From: Rhodanobacteraceae bacterium
Lineage (GTDB): Bacteria > Pseudomonadota > Gammaproteobacteria > Xanthomonadales > SZUA-5
DNA length: 64,000 nucleotides
Assembly: GCA_031425695.1 (NCBI GenBank)
Contig: JANPJV010000076.1
Location: forward strand, 3,261-67,260
Reading direction: 5' to 3'
Positions 47,500 through 57,461 of the stretch are shown in pieces. The notes under the pieces were generated by a model. That model had not been told where the DNA came from, did not search any database, and saw only the letters and a program-made list of their open reading frames with translations. Within the stretch, counting starts at the first letter, position 1. Every line of letters starts with the position of its first letter. The position numbers and the translations under genes were made by a program.

Positions 47500-48464
47500 T
47501 TGCGCCGGTACTCCCGTGGTCGATCCCGCTGCAACAGATAGTCTGCCGGCGCCGCGTTCAAGCGCAGGGCCACCTTGTTCAAGTTGGTCACCAGCGTGCG
47601 CAGGTCGGCCAGCGTCGCAGTCATTCCGGGCAAGCCCTTCCGTGCAAACTGGTCCAGATGCGCGCCGTTGCGATTGAGCAAGCCATCGAGGCCAGTCGCA
47701 AGCTTTTGCAGGGCCGCAATGGTGCGCTTGAGGTCTTGCGCGGCCGGACCGATGTCCTTTTCGAGCATGCGATCGGCCCGCGCCAGCGTCTTGCTGCCGT
47801 CCCCGATCAATGCGGTCAGCGCCTCGGCCGCACGGTCGATTTTTGCGAAGGCCGCGTCGGCGCTGCGCAGGGTCGTCCCCAGGAGCGCCTTGTCGGCATC
47901 GATTTGAGCCGTGATCGCTTCGATATGCGTCAGGCTCAAGGTGAAGCGTTGTGCGTTTTCCTCGCTCAGCACTTTGGTGACGCGGTCCAGCGCCTCGGTG
48001 ACGCGCACCAGCACATCGCCGCCTTCGCTCATCAGTTTCTGCAGGACGCTCGGGTGCGCCAGGATGACGCCGACTTCGGCGCCTTCGACGATTGCCAGCG
48101 GCGGTGAATCGGACTTGCCGGCGACCAGTTCGATGATGACCACGCCGGTTATCCCGGTAAAGGTCAGGCGCGCGGTGGTGTCGGCTTTGACGGGAGTCAG
48201 CGCGTCGATCCGGATGCGCGCCCAGACACGCGTGACGTCGCTTTGATCCAGGCGCAAGCGGCGCACTTCGCCGACCTGGATGCCATTGAAATTGACCAGC
48301 GCACCCTTGGTCAGTCCCGTCACCGGATCGCTGAAGAGCACATCGTACTCGGTGAATTCATCGTCGAAGCTGGCCTTGGCGACCCACGCCCCAAACACCA
48401 GCGCAGCCAGCAGCGCCAGCAGCACGAAGGCGCCGATCAGGATGTGGTGGGCTTTGGTTTCCAT
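47496..48464 (-). CDS. MlaD/MCE-domain protein
   Basis: METKAHHILIGAFVLLALLAALVFGAW is followed by an MCE domain (VTGLTKGALVNFNGIQVGEV) and a long helical tail. Confidence 0.8.
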   Translation of the reverse strand: METKAHHILIGAFVLLALLAALVFGAWVAKASFDDEFTEYDVLFSDPVTGLTKGALVNFNGIQVGEVRRLRLDQSDVTRVWARIRIDALTPVKADTTARLTFTGITGVVIIELVAGKSDSPPLAIVEGAEVGVILAHPSVLQKLMSEGGDVLVRVTEALDRVTKVLSEENAQRFTLSLTHIEAITAQIDADKALLGTTLRSADAAFAKIDRAAEALTALIGDGSKTLARADRMLEKDIGPAAQDLKRTIAALQKLATGLDGLLNRNGAHLDQFARKGLPGMTATLADLRTLVTNLNKVALRLNAAPADYLLQRDRPREYRRK

Positions 48465-48483
48465 CTGAGAGGCTATCTCGTGC

Positions 48484-49305
48484 TCAGGAATTGGCGGGCG
48501 CGGGGAGTGGTGAGGGCGGCAGCTTTGCCGCTTCGACAGTTTGTGCCTGCACATAGGCCATGCGGCCGCGCGGGCCCTGGAAGCAGTCGCGGATCCAAGG
48601 ATGGTCGAAGTCTTGAACGATCGCTGGCGTATCCACGGCGACCACATGGCCATCGGCGAGCACGGCGACGCGTTCGCAGATGCGATAGACGCTGTCGAGG
48701 TCGTGGGTGATCAGGATCACCGTCAGGTGCAGCGCCTGATGCAAGGTGGCCACCAGCTCATCGAAGGCGGCGGCGCCGATCGGGTCGAGGCCGGAGGTAG
48801 GCTCGTCGAAGAACAGGATCTCCGGGTCGAGCGCGAGGGCGCGGGCGAGGCCGGCGCGTTTGCGCATGCCGCCGGACAAGGTCTCCGGGAACTTGTCGGC
48901 AGCCTCGGGTGGCAGGCCGACCAGGGCGATCTTCATGCGCGCAATGTCGGCGATGAAATCGGGATCGAGCCCGGTGTGCTCCTTGAGCGGCACCATGACG
49001 TTTTCGAGCACGCTCAAGGACGAGAACAGCGCCCCATCCTGGAACATCACCCCGATGCGCCGTTCGAGCAGGCGGCGTGCGCGGTCGTCGAGCGTGGCCA
49101 CTTCCTGCCCGAACCACCAGACCTGGCCCTCCTGGTACTTGTGCAATCCGAGGATCGAGCGCATCAGCACGCTCTTGCCGGTGCCGGAGCCGCCAATGAT
49201 GCCGAGCACCTCGCCCTTGAGAATGTCCAGATCAAGCTTGGCGTGCACGACCTGCTCGCCGAATCGATTGCCGAGCCCGGTCACGCGCATGATCGGCTCG
49301 CTCAT
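48484..49305 (-). CDS. ABC transporter ATP-binding protein (MlaF-like)
   Basis: Has Walker A GGSGTGKS, the signature LSGGMRKR, and Walker B ILFFDEPTSGLD. Confidence 0.9.
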   Translation of the reverse strand: MSEPIMRVTGLGNRFGEQVVHAKLDLDILKGEVLGIIGGSGTGKSVLMRSILGLHKYQEGQVWWFGQEVATLDDRARRLLERRIGVMFQDGALFSSLSVLENVMVPLKEHTGLDPDFIADIARMKIALVGLPPEAADKFPETLSGGMRKRAGLARALALDPEILFFDEPTSGLDPIGAAAFDELVATLHQALHLTVILITHDLDSVYRICERVAVLADGHVVAVDTPAIVQDFDHPWIRDCFQGPRGRMAYVQAQTVEAAKLPPSPLPAPANS

Positions 49306-50417
49306 ACGTCGAGCTTCATGACGAAGATCGCCGCGATCGCGTCGACCAGGATCACCAGGAAAATCGACTGCACCACCGAGGAGGTAGTGTGTCGGCCGAC
49401 CGATTCCGCGCTGGAGCGCACTTTCAGGCCTTCCAGGCAGCCGACCAGCGCGATGATTACGGCAAACAGCGGAGCTTTGGACAATCCCACCAGCAAGTGC
49501 CGCAGCTCCGCAGTCTCCTGCATGCGGGAAAGGAAGACGCCGGGCGAAATGCCGAGCTCGGTGGCGCCGACCAGCGCGCCGCCGACGATCCCGGAGAGCA
49601 CCGCAAGGAAACTCAAGACCGGCAGCATCACGGTGAGCGCCAGCAGGCGCGGGATCACCAGCAGCTCGATCGGGTCCATGCCGAGCGAGCGAATGGCATC
49701 GATCTCTTCGCGCGCCCGCATCATGCCGATCTCGGCGGTGTAGGCGCTGCCGGAGCGCCCGGCGATCATGATCGCGGTCAGCAGCACGCCAAATTCGCGC
49801 ATGAAGGAGAAGCTGACCAGCTCGACCGTGTACACCTGTGCGCCAAAATCAGCGAGCACCGTGGCGCCGAGGAAAGCCACCACCGCGCCGACCAGGAAGC
49901 TCAGGAGGCAAACGATCGGAACCGCATCGAGGCCGGCCTGTTCCATGTGATGGACCGCGCTGGTCCAACGCAGCCGCTGGCGCCCGGTGACGATGGCAGC
50001 CATGGTGGCCAGGGTCTGCCCGCCAAAACCGAGCAACTGCAGCAGTTGGCGCCAGGCGTTTTCACTGGCGACGCCTACCCGCTCGGCCATGCGCGCGAGG
50101 CCCCAGGGCTGGCGCACGCGTGTGCGTGGCGTCGACAGATGGGTGCCGACCAGGTCCAGCAACACCTGGTCCGCGGGCTTGAGCCCGGTGATGGCCGGCC
50201 ATGGCGGCGGGCCGAGCCAGCGCTGAATCAGCAGCAGGGCCCCGGCCGTATCCAACGCGGCCATTTCCGTCGCATCCACCGTCGTTGGGCGCGGATCCTG
50301 CTCCGTGATCTGTGCCTGCGAGCTGCGCTCCGCCGCTGGCAATCCGGCCACCGTCCAATCGCCGCGCAAGCGCAGTGTCTGATCCGAGGGTTCCAGACTG
50401 TATTCGGCCGCGGCCAT
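49302..50417 (-). CDS. MlaE-family ABC permease with an N-terminal STAS-like extension
   Basis: The start is at MAAAEYSLEPSDQTLRLRGDW. The C-terminal MlaE core contains EIDAIRSLGMDP. Confidence 0.8.
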   Translation of the reverse strand: MAAAEYSLEPSDQTLRLRGDWTVAGLPAAERSSQAQITEQDPRPTTVDATEMAALDTAGALLLIQRWLGPPPWPAITGLKPADQVLLDLVGTHLSTPRTRVRQPWGLARMAERVGVASENAWRQLLQLLGFGGQTLATMAAIVTGRQRLRWTSAVHHMEQAGLDAVPIVCLLSFLVGAVVAFLGATVLADFGAQVYTVELVSFSFMREFGVLLTAIMIAGRSGSAYTAEIGMMRAREEIDAIRSLGMDPIELLVIPRLLALTVMLPVLSFLAVLSGIVGGALVGATELGISPGVFLSRMQETAELRHLLVGLSKAPLFAVIIALVGCLEGLKVRSSAESVGRHTTSSVVQSIFLVILVDAIAAIFVMKLDV

Positions 50418-50546
50418 GGAGTTCCCGATCAACCCGCGCGAACGACCAGCACTGGCAACGTGGCCTGGGACAGCACTTTCCGCGTTTCGCTGCCGGGCAG
50501 TAGCGCACTCCACCCGCGACGGTCGTGCGAAGAGATCACCGTCGGC

Positions 50547-50996
50547 TCACGCGGTACGGACTACCAGGACCGGCAGCTTGCCGTGCGCCAGTACTTTCTG
50601 CGCCTGGCTTCCGAGGAAGAGGGCGCCCAAGGTGCTGCGACCATGCGAGCCCATGCAGATGAGATCGCAGCTGCGTTCGAGCGCGGTGGCGAGAATCAAC
50701 TGGTGCGGACGCGAATCCACGGCATGCGCCAGCTCGCACTCGACCCCAGCCGCGTGGCACGCACGGGACACGTGCGCCAGTACACCCTCGGCCTCGATAT
50801 TCGCCAGGCGCAGGTATTCCTCCCGGCTCGGGTATGCATAGGACTGGAAGGCAGAGTCCAGGGGCGGGAGGAAATCCGGGACGGCGTGCACGCCGGTGAT
50901 GCGGGCGCCGAGCGTTTTCGCCAGGGCGACTGCATGCTCAATCACTGTCTGGGAGGACACCGAGCCATCGATCGCGATCAGGATATGCCGGTACAT
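50547..50996 (-). CDS. universal stress protein (single domain)
   Basis: Contains MYRHILIAIDGS and ...GSHGRSTLGALFLGSQAQKVLAHGKLPVLVV. Confidence 0.85.
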   Translation of the reverse strand: MYRHILIAIDGSVSSQTVIEHAVALAKTLGARITGVHAVPDFLPPLDSAFQSYAYPSREEYLRLANIEAEGVLAHVSRACHAAGVECELAHAVDSRPHQLILATALERSCDLICMGSHGRSTLGALFLGSQAQKVLAHGKLPVLVVRTA

Positions 50997-51051
50997 TGAA
51001 TTTCCCTGTGGCCGAAGTGCCCAACTGTACGCGTAGGCCGGCGGCACCGAA

Positions 51052-51065
51052 TTGACCCGGATCAA
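51052..51065. promoter_or_regulatory. FNR box TTGACccggATCAA upstream of the USP gene
   Basis: The centre lies 62.5 bp upstream of ATG 50996. Confidence 0.7.
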
Positions 51066-51089
51066 CTGCATCAGCATCGCCACCGCTGC

Positions 51090-51300
51090 CGCTGGGACGA
51101 GCCCCGATGACTCGACGACGCGACACTTGAAGCGATCTTTCCGCCCGGCGTGCCGCAGTTGTTCACCCACTGCCGTCCGGAGCCGTAATCTTGGCGACGA
51201 GCGGCACATCGACAGCGGCCCACAGACCACGCGCGCGCTCGGCTACATCTATCGGGCCGGCCGATGAACTAGCTGCCTTGCGTGGACCCGGCAATCCAGC
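51090..51300 (+). pseudogene. relic of the 3' end of a phosphoketolase-family paralog
   Basis: LDDATLEAIFPPGVPQLFTHCRPEP-stop, then a frameshift, then IDSGPQTTRALGYIYRAG. This parallels LDDAALEEIFPTGVPRVFITHTRPEPYLGALRRIDSGPQTTRALGYINRGG at 60580-60730. Confidence 0.7.
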
Positions 51301-51379
51301 GGTCTTGTTGCGGGCTGAATGACGCAGGTCGCGTTGAGTTAGGATCGCCCGTTCCCGGTTCCGCGAGAGGTACTTTCGG

Positions 51380-52099
51380 GTGACCGACCCGCCCCATCTG
51401 CTGGTAGTCGAGGACGAGGCTGAGATCGCCGAGATGCTGCGCCGTTATTTCAGCGGCCAGGGCTTTCGCGTGAGTCTCGCCAGCGACGGCACGCAGATGC
51501 GTGCAGTGCTGGCGCGGGAGGCGATCACGCTGGTGCTGCTCGATCTCGGCCTGCCTGGCGAGGATGGTTTCGAGCTGACGCGGCACCTCACCAGCGAATG
51601 GCGTGGGCCGGTGATCATCGTCAGCGGCCGGGGCGACGCGTTTGATCGGGTGGTGGGCCTGGAGCTTGGCGCTGACGATTACGTGACCAAGCCGTTCGAG
51701 CTGCGCGAACTGCTCGCTCGGGTGCGCAGCGTGCTGCGTCGCAGCGCGACGCTGCCGGCACCGCCGGAGCCTGAGCACAGCAGCGTCTTCGAGTTTGAGG
51801 GATTTCGCCTGCGTCTCGATGCGCGCTCATTGATTGACGCCAGCGGGCGCGAGGTGGCGCTGACCACCGGCGAGTTCGAGCTGCTCCATGCGCTGGTGTC
51901 GCAACCCAACCGGGTGCTCTCCCGTGACCAGCTGATGAACGCGCTGCACCGCCGCGACGCGGGGCCGTTCGATCGTGCCATCGATGTCCAGATCGGCCGG
52001 CTGCGGCGCAAGATCGAAGCCGATCCGGCGCAGCCGGCGATCATCAAATCGGTCCGCGGGGCCGGCTATCTGTGCGCCGCGCGCGTGCAGCGCGGCTGA
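51380..52099 (+). CDS. OmpR-family response regulator
   Basis: Receiver domain (LLVVEDE...LLDLGLPGEDG) plus a winged-helix C-terminus (IKSVRGAGY). GTG start. Confidence 0.9.
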   Translation: MTDPPHLLVVEDEAEIAEMLRRYFSGQGFRVSLASDGTQMRAVLAREAITLVLLDLGLPGEDGFELTRHLTSEWRGPVIIVSGRGDAFDRVVGLELGADDYVTKPFELRELLARVRSVLRRSATLPAPPEPEHSSVFEFEGFRLRLDARSLIDASGREVALTTGEFELLHALVSQPNRVLSRDQLMNALHRRDAGPFDRAIDVQIGRLRRKIEADPAQPAIIKSVRGAGYLCAARVQRG

Positions 52100-52112
52100 G
52101 CTGGAGTTCTAC

Positions 52113-54101
52113 ATGGAATACGGCACGGCGATCTTCCGGGCGCTGTTCGAGACCGCCCCCGATGCGATGCTGGTGGTCGATTCCACGGGCAAGATCGTCC
52201 TCGCCAACCCCCAGGCCGCGCGCCTGTTCGGCCACGAGGACGCCGGGTTGACCGGTCACCCCATCGAAGTGCTGATCCCGGATGAAGCGCGTTCGGCCCA
52301 TATCGGTCATCGCAATCGCTACATGGCTCATCCGCGTGTGCGCCCCATGGGAGCGGGCCAGGAGCTGACCGGCTTGCGGCGCGACCAGAGCCGCTTCCCG
52401 ATCGAAATCGCGCTGAGCCCGATCGAAGCCGATGGTGAACGCCTGTTCGTCGCTTCCATCCGCGACATCTCCGACACCCAACGCGCCCGCCAAGCGCTGG
52501 CGCGTGCACGCTACGACACCTATCTCGCCCAGGCAGGCCAGCTGGCGCTGGAATCCAGTATCGAGGCCACGCTCGACCGCCTGCCAGAGATGCTGGTCCT
52601 GGCATTGGAGACCGACGCGGCGCTGGTGATCTTCGGCCACGAAGGCCAGGTACCGCAGGTGCGCGCGGCGATCGGCGTGCGCGAGCATGAGCTCGATCCC
52701 CTGCTGGCGGCGCTCGGCAGCGCTTTGCCGCCAGCGGCTGCGTCCGGCGGCTCGCGGGAAATCGAATGGCCGGCGGCGGATGTGGCGATGGTGGGATTCA
52801 CCGCCGGCATCGCTGCGCGCCTGTCAGATTTCGATCGGTCCCGGGGCTCGATCAGCGTACTTTCGCGCAGCCCGCGCGAATTCGACCGCGAGGCCGCCCA
52901 CTTCCTGCAATCGGTCGCCAACCTGCTGTCGGCCGCGCTGCAGCGCGACCAGAGCCAGGAGCAGCTTGCGCACGCCCAACGCCTGGAAGCCATCGGCCAG
53001 CTCACCGGCGGTATCGCCCACGATTTCAATAACCTGCTCACCGTGGTCTCCGGCAACCTGCAACTGGTCGAAGCCGAGGTGGGCGAGCAACAGCCGCAGA
53101 CGCTCGAGCTGATCGGCAGCGCCCTGCGCGCCGTCGGCCGTGGTGCCGAGCTCACCCGCAAGCTGCTCGCATTTGCGCGGCGGCAGCGGCTCAGCCCGCG
53201 CGCGATCGATCCCGCGCAATTGCTGGGCGAGCTCGCGCAGATGTTGCGGCGTACGCTGGCCGAGCGCGTCGAGCTGGAACTGGTGTGTGCACCCGAGACT
53301 CCGCCGGTGTTCGCCGATCCGGCGCAGCTCGAGGCGGCGCTGATCAATCTCTCGCTGAATGCGCGCGATGCCATGCCGCAGGGCGGCAGGCTGCGCATCG
53401 AGGCGCGCGCGCATCGCCCCGAGGACGACGTGGCGGACGATGCGGGGATGGACGGCGAGCACGTGATGTTCGAGGTCAGCGACAGCGGTACCGGCATGAG
53501 CCCGGAGGTGCTGGCGCGCGCCTTCGAGCCGTTCTTTACGACCAAGGAGCAGGGCAAGGGCAGCGGGCTCGGCCTCAGCATGGTGTACGGCTTCGTCAAG
53601 CAATCCGGTGGCTTCCTGCGCACCCGTTCGCGTGTCGGCCAAGGTACGCGCATTGCGTTGGTCTTGCCCCGGGCACGGCAGGCGCAGACGGCGGCGGCCA
53701 CGGTGAAGGGCGCACTCCCGCGCGGGGACGAGCGCGTGCTGGTGGTCGAGGACGAACCGGATGTGCGCGGCATCGCCGTCGCCTTCCTCAAATCCCTGGG
53801 CTATCGCGTCGAGGCCGCGGCGAGCGCCGACGAGGCTGCTGAATTGCTCGGCAAGCACCGAGATATCACGCTGCTGTTCTCCGACGTGATCCTGGGCTCC
53901 GGGCGTACCGGGGCCGAGCTGGCGCGGGATCTTTGCCGGGAGCGTCCACGCCTCGCGGTCTTGCTGACCTCCGGCTACGAGCGTCCCGCGGCCGATGCCG
54001 ACGAGCAGCCTGGTCGTGAGTTCGAGCTGTTGCGCAAGCCCTACAGCCGCGAGCAACTGGCGGCCGCGCTCAGGCGCGCCTTGAGCGCGCTGCTGCCGTG
54101 A
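52113..54101 (+). CDS. hybrid sensor histidine kinase (PAS, GAF-like, HisKA, HATPase, receiver)
   Basis: PAS domain (FETAPDAMLVVDSTGKIVLAN), the HisKA motif GGIAHDFNNLL, HATPase motifs DSGTGM and GSGLGLS, and a C-terminal receiver (VLVVEDEP...). Confidence 0.88.
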   Translation: MEYGTAIFRALFETAPDAMLVVDSTGKIVLANPQAARLFGHEDAGLTGHPIEVLIPDEARSAHIGHRNRYMAHPRVRPMGAGQELTGLRRDQSRFPIEIALSPIEADGERLFVASIRDISDTQRARQALARARYDTYLAQAGQLALESSIEATLDRLPEMLVLALETDAALVIFGHEGQVPQVRAAIGVREHELDPLLAALGSALPPAAASGGSREIEWPAADVAMVGFTAGIAARLSDFDRSRGSISVLSRSPREFDREAAHFLQSVANLLSAALQRDQSQEQLAHAQRLEAIGQLTGGIAHDFNNLLTVVSGNLQLVEAEVGEQQPQTLELIGSALRAVGRGAELTRKLLAFARRQRLSPRAIDPAQLLGELAQMLRRTLAERVELELVCAPETPPVFADPAQLEAALINLSLNARDAMPQGGRLRIEARAHRPEDDVADDAGMDGEHVMFEVSDSGTGMSPEVLARAFEPFFTTKEQGKGSGLGLSMVYGFVKQSGGFLRTRSRVGQGTRIALVLPRARQAQTAAATVKGALPRGDERVLVVEDEPDVRGIAVAFLKSLGYRVEAAASADEAAELLGKHRDITLLFSDVILGSGRTGAELARDLCRERPRLAVLLTSGYERPAADADEQPGREFELLRKPYSREQLAAALRRALSALLP

Positions 54102-54812
54102 TCAATGCGCGGTCGCACCCGAGCTTGCCAGCTCCGACAGCGCCTGCGCATCCAGGATGCGAATCTCGCGGCGCGTGACATCCAGCAGGCCACGTTCGCG
54201 CAGGTGGGAGATTGCACGGGTGACGGTTTCGAGTTGCAGGTTAAGAAAGCTCCCGATCTCGGCGCGCGTCATGCGCAGGACGAAATGCGTCGCGCTGAAG
54301 CCGAGTGCGTGCAGGCGACGCCCGAGATCGAGCAGCAGCGTCGCCACGCGCTGTTCGGCGCCGAGCGTGCCGACCGACAGCAGCCACTGGCGCTCGGCGC
54401 GGACCTGGGCCGAGAGCTGCAGGGTCATCGCGGCCTGCAGCTCGGGCTGGCGCGCGGCCGCGGACATCAGGTCGCACATCGCGATTTCCCAGACTTCACT
54501 ATCCTCGAGCGCGAGCGCGTCACCCTCGTGGGTGCCTGCGCCGATCGACTCCAGCGCCAGCAGCTCGCCACGCAGGTGAAACCCGGTAACGCGTTCGCGA
54601 CCATCGCTCGAGGCGAGCACCGATTTGATGCAACCGGCATTGACGAAATAGACCGCGCGCAGCACTTGGCCGGCCCGATATAGCGCCTGGCCGGCACTGA
54701 TCCGGCGTCGCGCAAAGGCGACCGAGCGCTGCAGCAGCTCCTGGCTGATCCCGGCGGCAATCAGCGGCTGTGCCAGGGTGCGGACACTGTTGAGCGTGCG
54801 GGTAGCGAGCAT
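54102..54812 (-). CDS. Crp/Fnr-family regulator lacking the FNR Cys cluster (DNR/NNR-like)
   Basis: cNMP-binding fold plus the HTH ETVTRAISHLRERG, with no N-terminal cysteines. Confidence 0.8.
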   Translation of the reverse strand: MLATRTLNSVRTLAQPLIAAGISQELLQRSVAFARRRISAGQALYRAGQVLRAVYFVNAGCIKSVLASSDGRERVTGFHLRGELLALESIGAGTHEGDALALEDSEVWEIAMCDLMSAAARQPELQAAMTLQLSAQVRAERQWLLSVGTLGAEQRVATLLLDLGRRLHALGFSATHFVLRMTRAEIGSFLNLQLETVTRAISHLRERGLLDVTRREIRILDAQALSELASSGATAH

Positions 54813-54929
54813 TCTGGGGCATTCCGGCGAGTCAGTGAGATCAGCTTAGGCAGTGGTCGCGACGCCACGACTTCACTCGGTAACGGCTCGGTAACAGCGT
54901 GTTTCAGCGTGCTCCATGCAGCTCGGGAG

Positions 54930-54943
54930 TTGATCCGGATCAA
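54930..54943. promoter_or_regulatory. FNR box TTGATccggATCAA between the Crp/Fnr gene and the tandem USP gene
   Basis: Perfect palindrome in a divergent intergenic region. Confidence 0.75.
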
Positions 54944-54999
54944 CTCCCGTTCGACGCATCCATCGACAATGGTCGCTGACGATCAAATTCCTCCGGACC

Positions 55000-55806
55000 G
55001 TGAGCGTGCAGGACATTCTTCTTCTCTCCGGGCTGCCGCTGTCGAAACCGACGGTGCGCTATGCCGCTGAGCTCGCCGGGCTCTGGAATGGCCAGCTCAC
55101 CGGCCTGCACGTGTGCGCTCCGCTGAGCATGCAGCTCGATCCGGCGCGCCCGGCGGCGATGAGCATGCAACTGCAGTGGGAACAGGACCGGCTCGCGCGA
55201 GCCCGCGCCGCCGCCGATGACTTTGAGCGCTGCGCGGGTACGGCAAGCCACGGCCGCTGCTCCTGGAAGACCGCCACTGGCGCGCTCGCGGAAGTCGTCG
55301 CATCGATAGCGAACTGGCATGACCTGCTGCTCGTGCAGCGCGGAGCCGAGCTTCCGGGAGGGTCGATGGCATCGCTGGCGCAGTTGATCCTGACCAGTGC
55401 GGTGCCGGTCATGGTGCTGCCACCGACGGCCGAGCCGCTACGGCTGGGGCGCATCGCGGTGCTCTGGGATGGAACGCCAGAAGCCACCCGAGCGCTGCAC
55501 GCCGCGCTGGCGTCACTGCGGACCGCGACCGCGGTAGCCGTGTTTGCGAACGCCGGCGACGAAGCTAACCGTGGCAACTTCAATCTGGCCCAATACCTGC
55601 AGGCCCACGCAGTTGCGCACTCCGTTCACGCCATTGATTCAAGCACCCTGACCGCCGCGCGGGTGCTCACGGCCATCGCCGAGTTCCAACCCGACCTGTT
55701 GGTGCTCGGCGCGCGCGGCAACGGCCGTTTCGGTGAATGGAGACTCGATGGGTTTTGTGGCTCGCTGATTGAAACCGCTCACATTCCGGTGCTCACCGCG
55801 AGCTAG
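55000..55806 (+). CDS. tandem-domain universal stress protein
   Basis: Two USP-like halves, with a C-terminal GARGNGRFGEWRLDGFCGSLIETAHIPVL. GTG start. Confidence 0.75.
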   Translation: MSVQDILLLSGLPLSKPTVRYAAELAGLWNGQLTGLHVCAPLSMQLDPARPAAMSMQLQWEQDRLARARAAADDFERCAGTASHGRCSWKTATGALAEVVASIANWHDLLLVQRGAELPGGSMASLAQLILTSAVPVMVLPPTAEPLRLGRIAVLWDGTPEATRALHAALASLRTATAVAVFANAGDEANRGNFNLAQYLQAHAVAHSVHAIDSSTLTAARVLTAIAEFQPDLLVLGARGNGRFGEWRLDGFCGSLIETAHIPVLTAS

Positions 55807-55854
55807 CAACCGTCGCGTTTCCAGCCTGGTGGCGTAGAGCTCACAGCCGGTCCA

Positions 55855-56781
55855 CTACTTGACCAGCGTCACCGGGACATTCACCAGGTGCAGCACGCGC
55901 TTGGCAGTGGAGCCGAATAACAGTTGCGCGATGGCACCGGCCCCGCGGGTACCCATGACGATGCGCGTGGCGGCCAGCTCTTGCACCGTTCTCGCAATGC
56001 TCTCCGCGGGCTCGCCAATGACCACGATTGGACGAAATGACAGCCCCGCCGCACTCAGGCGCGCGGTCGCGGTGCGCAGCTGCTGCATGCCTTCCTGCTG
56101 CTGCGCGACGTCCACCGCGCCAGCCAGTTCGGCATTGCGTACGATCGCATTCGGGTAGGGGGCCTGGACGTTGAGCAGGACGAGGTCGCCGCCCGCGCCA
56201 CGACCGGCTTCGGCGATGACGTGGTCGATCGCGCGGTTCGCGTGGTCAGAGCCGTCGACTGGCACCAGGGTGAGCCTGCGCGCTTTACCGGCCGGCGCCA
56301 GCGCGGCGTTTTCCGGCGTGGCGCGCCCGGCCTGGTGCATGGTCAGCGTCGGCGTCGGTACCAGCGTGACCGGCAACGCGACCGCATTGACCACCTTGGT
56401 GGCGATCGACCCGACCAGCACCGAGCCGAGGACACTGGTGCCGCGCGTGCCCATGACGATTTCGGCATAGGCACCGGTGGCGGATTGGTCAAAGATGACG
56501 CGGCCGGGATCCCCGAAGGCTATTTCCGTCGTGTACTCGACGGCCGCCTCCTTCAACACGGCAATGACCGGCGCCAAAGCCGCGTGCCCCTGCTCTTCAG
56601 CGTATTCATTGATCATGCCGGCCGAGACCAGCTTGGCCAGGGCGACGTGGACATGCGGCCGATACTGGACATTGAGCAGATGCAGCGCGAGCGCTTCTCC
56701 GGCATGCATGCGATCGGCCACGTGCGTCGCTGCGAACTGCGAGCTGATCGAGCCGTCCACGGGGATCAGGATCCTGCGCAT
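55855..56781 (-). CDS. tandem-domain universal stress protein
   Basis: Contains MRRILIPVDGS...MGTRGTSVLGSVLVGSIATKV, then LVPVDGS...MGTRGAGAIAQLLFGSTAKRVLH. Confidence 0.88.
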   Translation of the reverse strand: MRRILIPVDGSISSQFAATHVADRMHAGEALALHLLNVQYRPHVHVALAKLVSAGMINEYAEEQGHAALAPVIAVLKEAAVEYTTEIAFGDPGRVIFDQSATGAYAEIVMGTRGTSVLGSVLVGSIATKVVNAVALPVTLVPTPTLTMHQAGRATPENAALAPAGKARRLTLVPVDGSDHANRAIDHVIAEAGRGAGGDLVLLNVQAPYPNAIVRNAELAGAVDVAQQQEGMQQLRTATARLSAAGLSFRPIVVIGEPAESIARTVQELAATRIVMGTRGAGAIAQLLFGSTAKRVLHLVNVPVTLVK

Positions 56782-56969
56782 CGTGTTCGGAACCTCGAGT
56801 CAGTCAATGCCGAGAGTGTAGCGAAAGTGCGGCCGGCCACCAGCGGCCTGCCAGTCCGTGCAGCTCGGCCGGTCGCGCCGGCAACAATCTCCATCGGCGC
56901 GATAGAATTGGCGCGATATCGCCGTCAGATCACTTCGGTGCAGACCCCGTCACGACTGAGAACCCGAGC

Positions 56970-57461
56970 ATGAGCAAGAAATCCAAAGCCACCGGTATCG
57001 ACATCGGCATCAGCGGCAGCGATCGCAAGGCGATCACCGACGGCCTGTCGCGTCTGCTGGCCGACAGCTACACGCTGTACCTGATGACCCACAACTTCCA
57101 CTGGAACGTCACCGGGCCGCAGTTCAACAGCCTGCACATGATGTTCATGACCCAGTACACCGAGCAGTGGACCGCCCTCGACCAGATCGCCGAGCGCATC
57201 CGCGCACTCGGTTATCCCGCGCCCGGGACGTACAAGGAGTTCGTCGCGCTGGCGTCGATCGAGGAAGTCGAGGGCGTGCCGAAGGCCAATGCGATGGTGC
57301 GGCACCTGATCAACGCACACGAGAGCACGGCCCGCACCGCGCGCTCCTTGTTCAACGCGGTCAACGCCGCCAATGACCAGCCGACCGCCGACCTGCTGAC
57401 CCAGCGCCTCGAGGTCCACGAAAAGACGGCATGGATGCTGCGCAGCCTGCTGGAGGAGTAA
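56970..57461 (+). CDS. dps: Dps (DNA starvation/stationary-phase protection ferritin-like protein)
   Basis: Contains LLADSYTLYLMTHNFHWNVTGPQFNSLHMMF and ...DLLTQRLEVHEKTAWMLRS. Confidence 0.92.
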   Translation: MSKKSKATGIDIGISGSDRKAITDGLSRLLADSYTLYLMTHNFHWNVTGPQFNSLHMMFMTQYTEQWTALDQIAERIRALGYPAPGTYKEFVALASIEEVEGVPKANAMVRHLINAHESTARTARSLFNAVNAANDQPTADLLTQRLEVHEKTAWMLRSLLEE

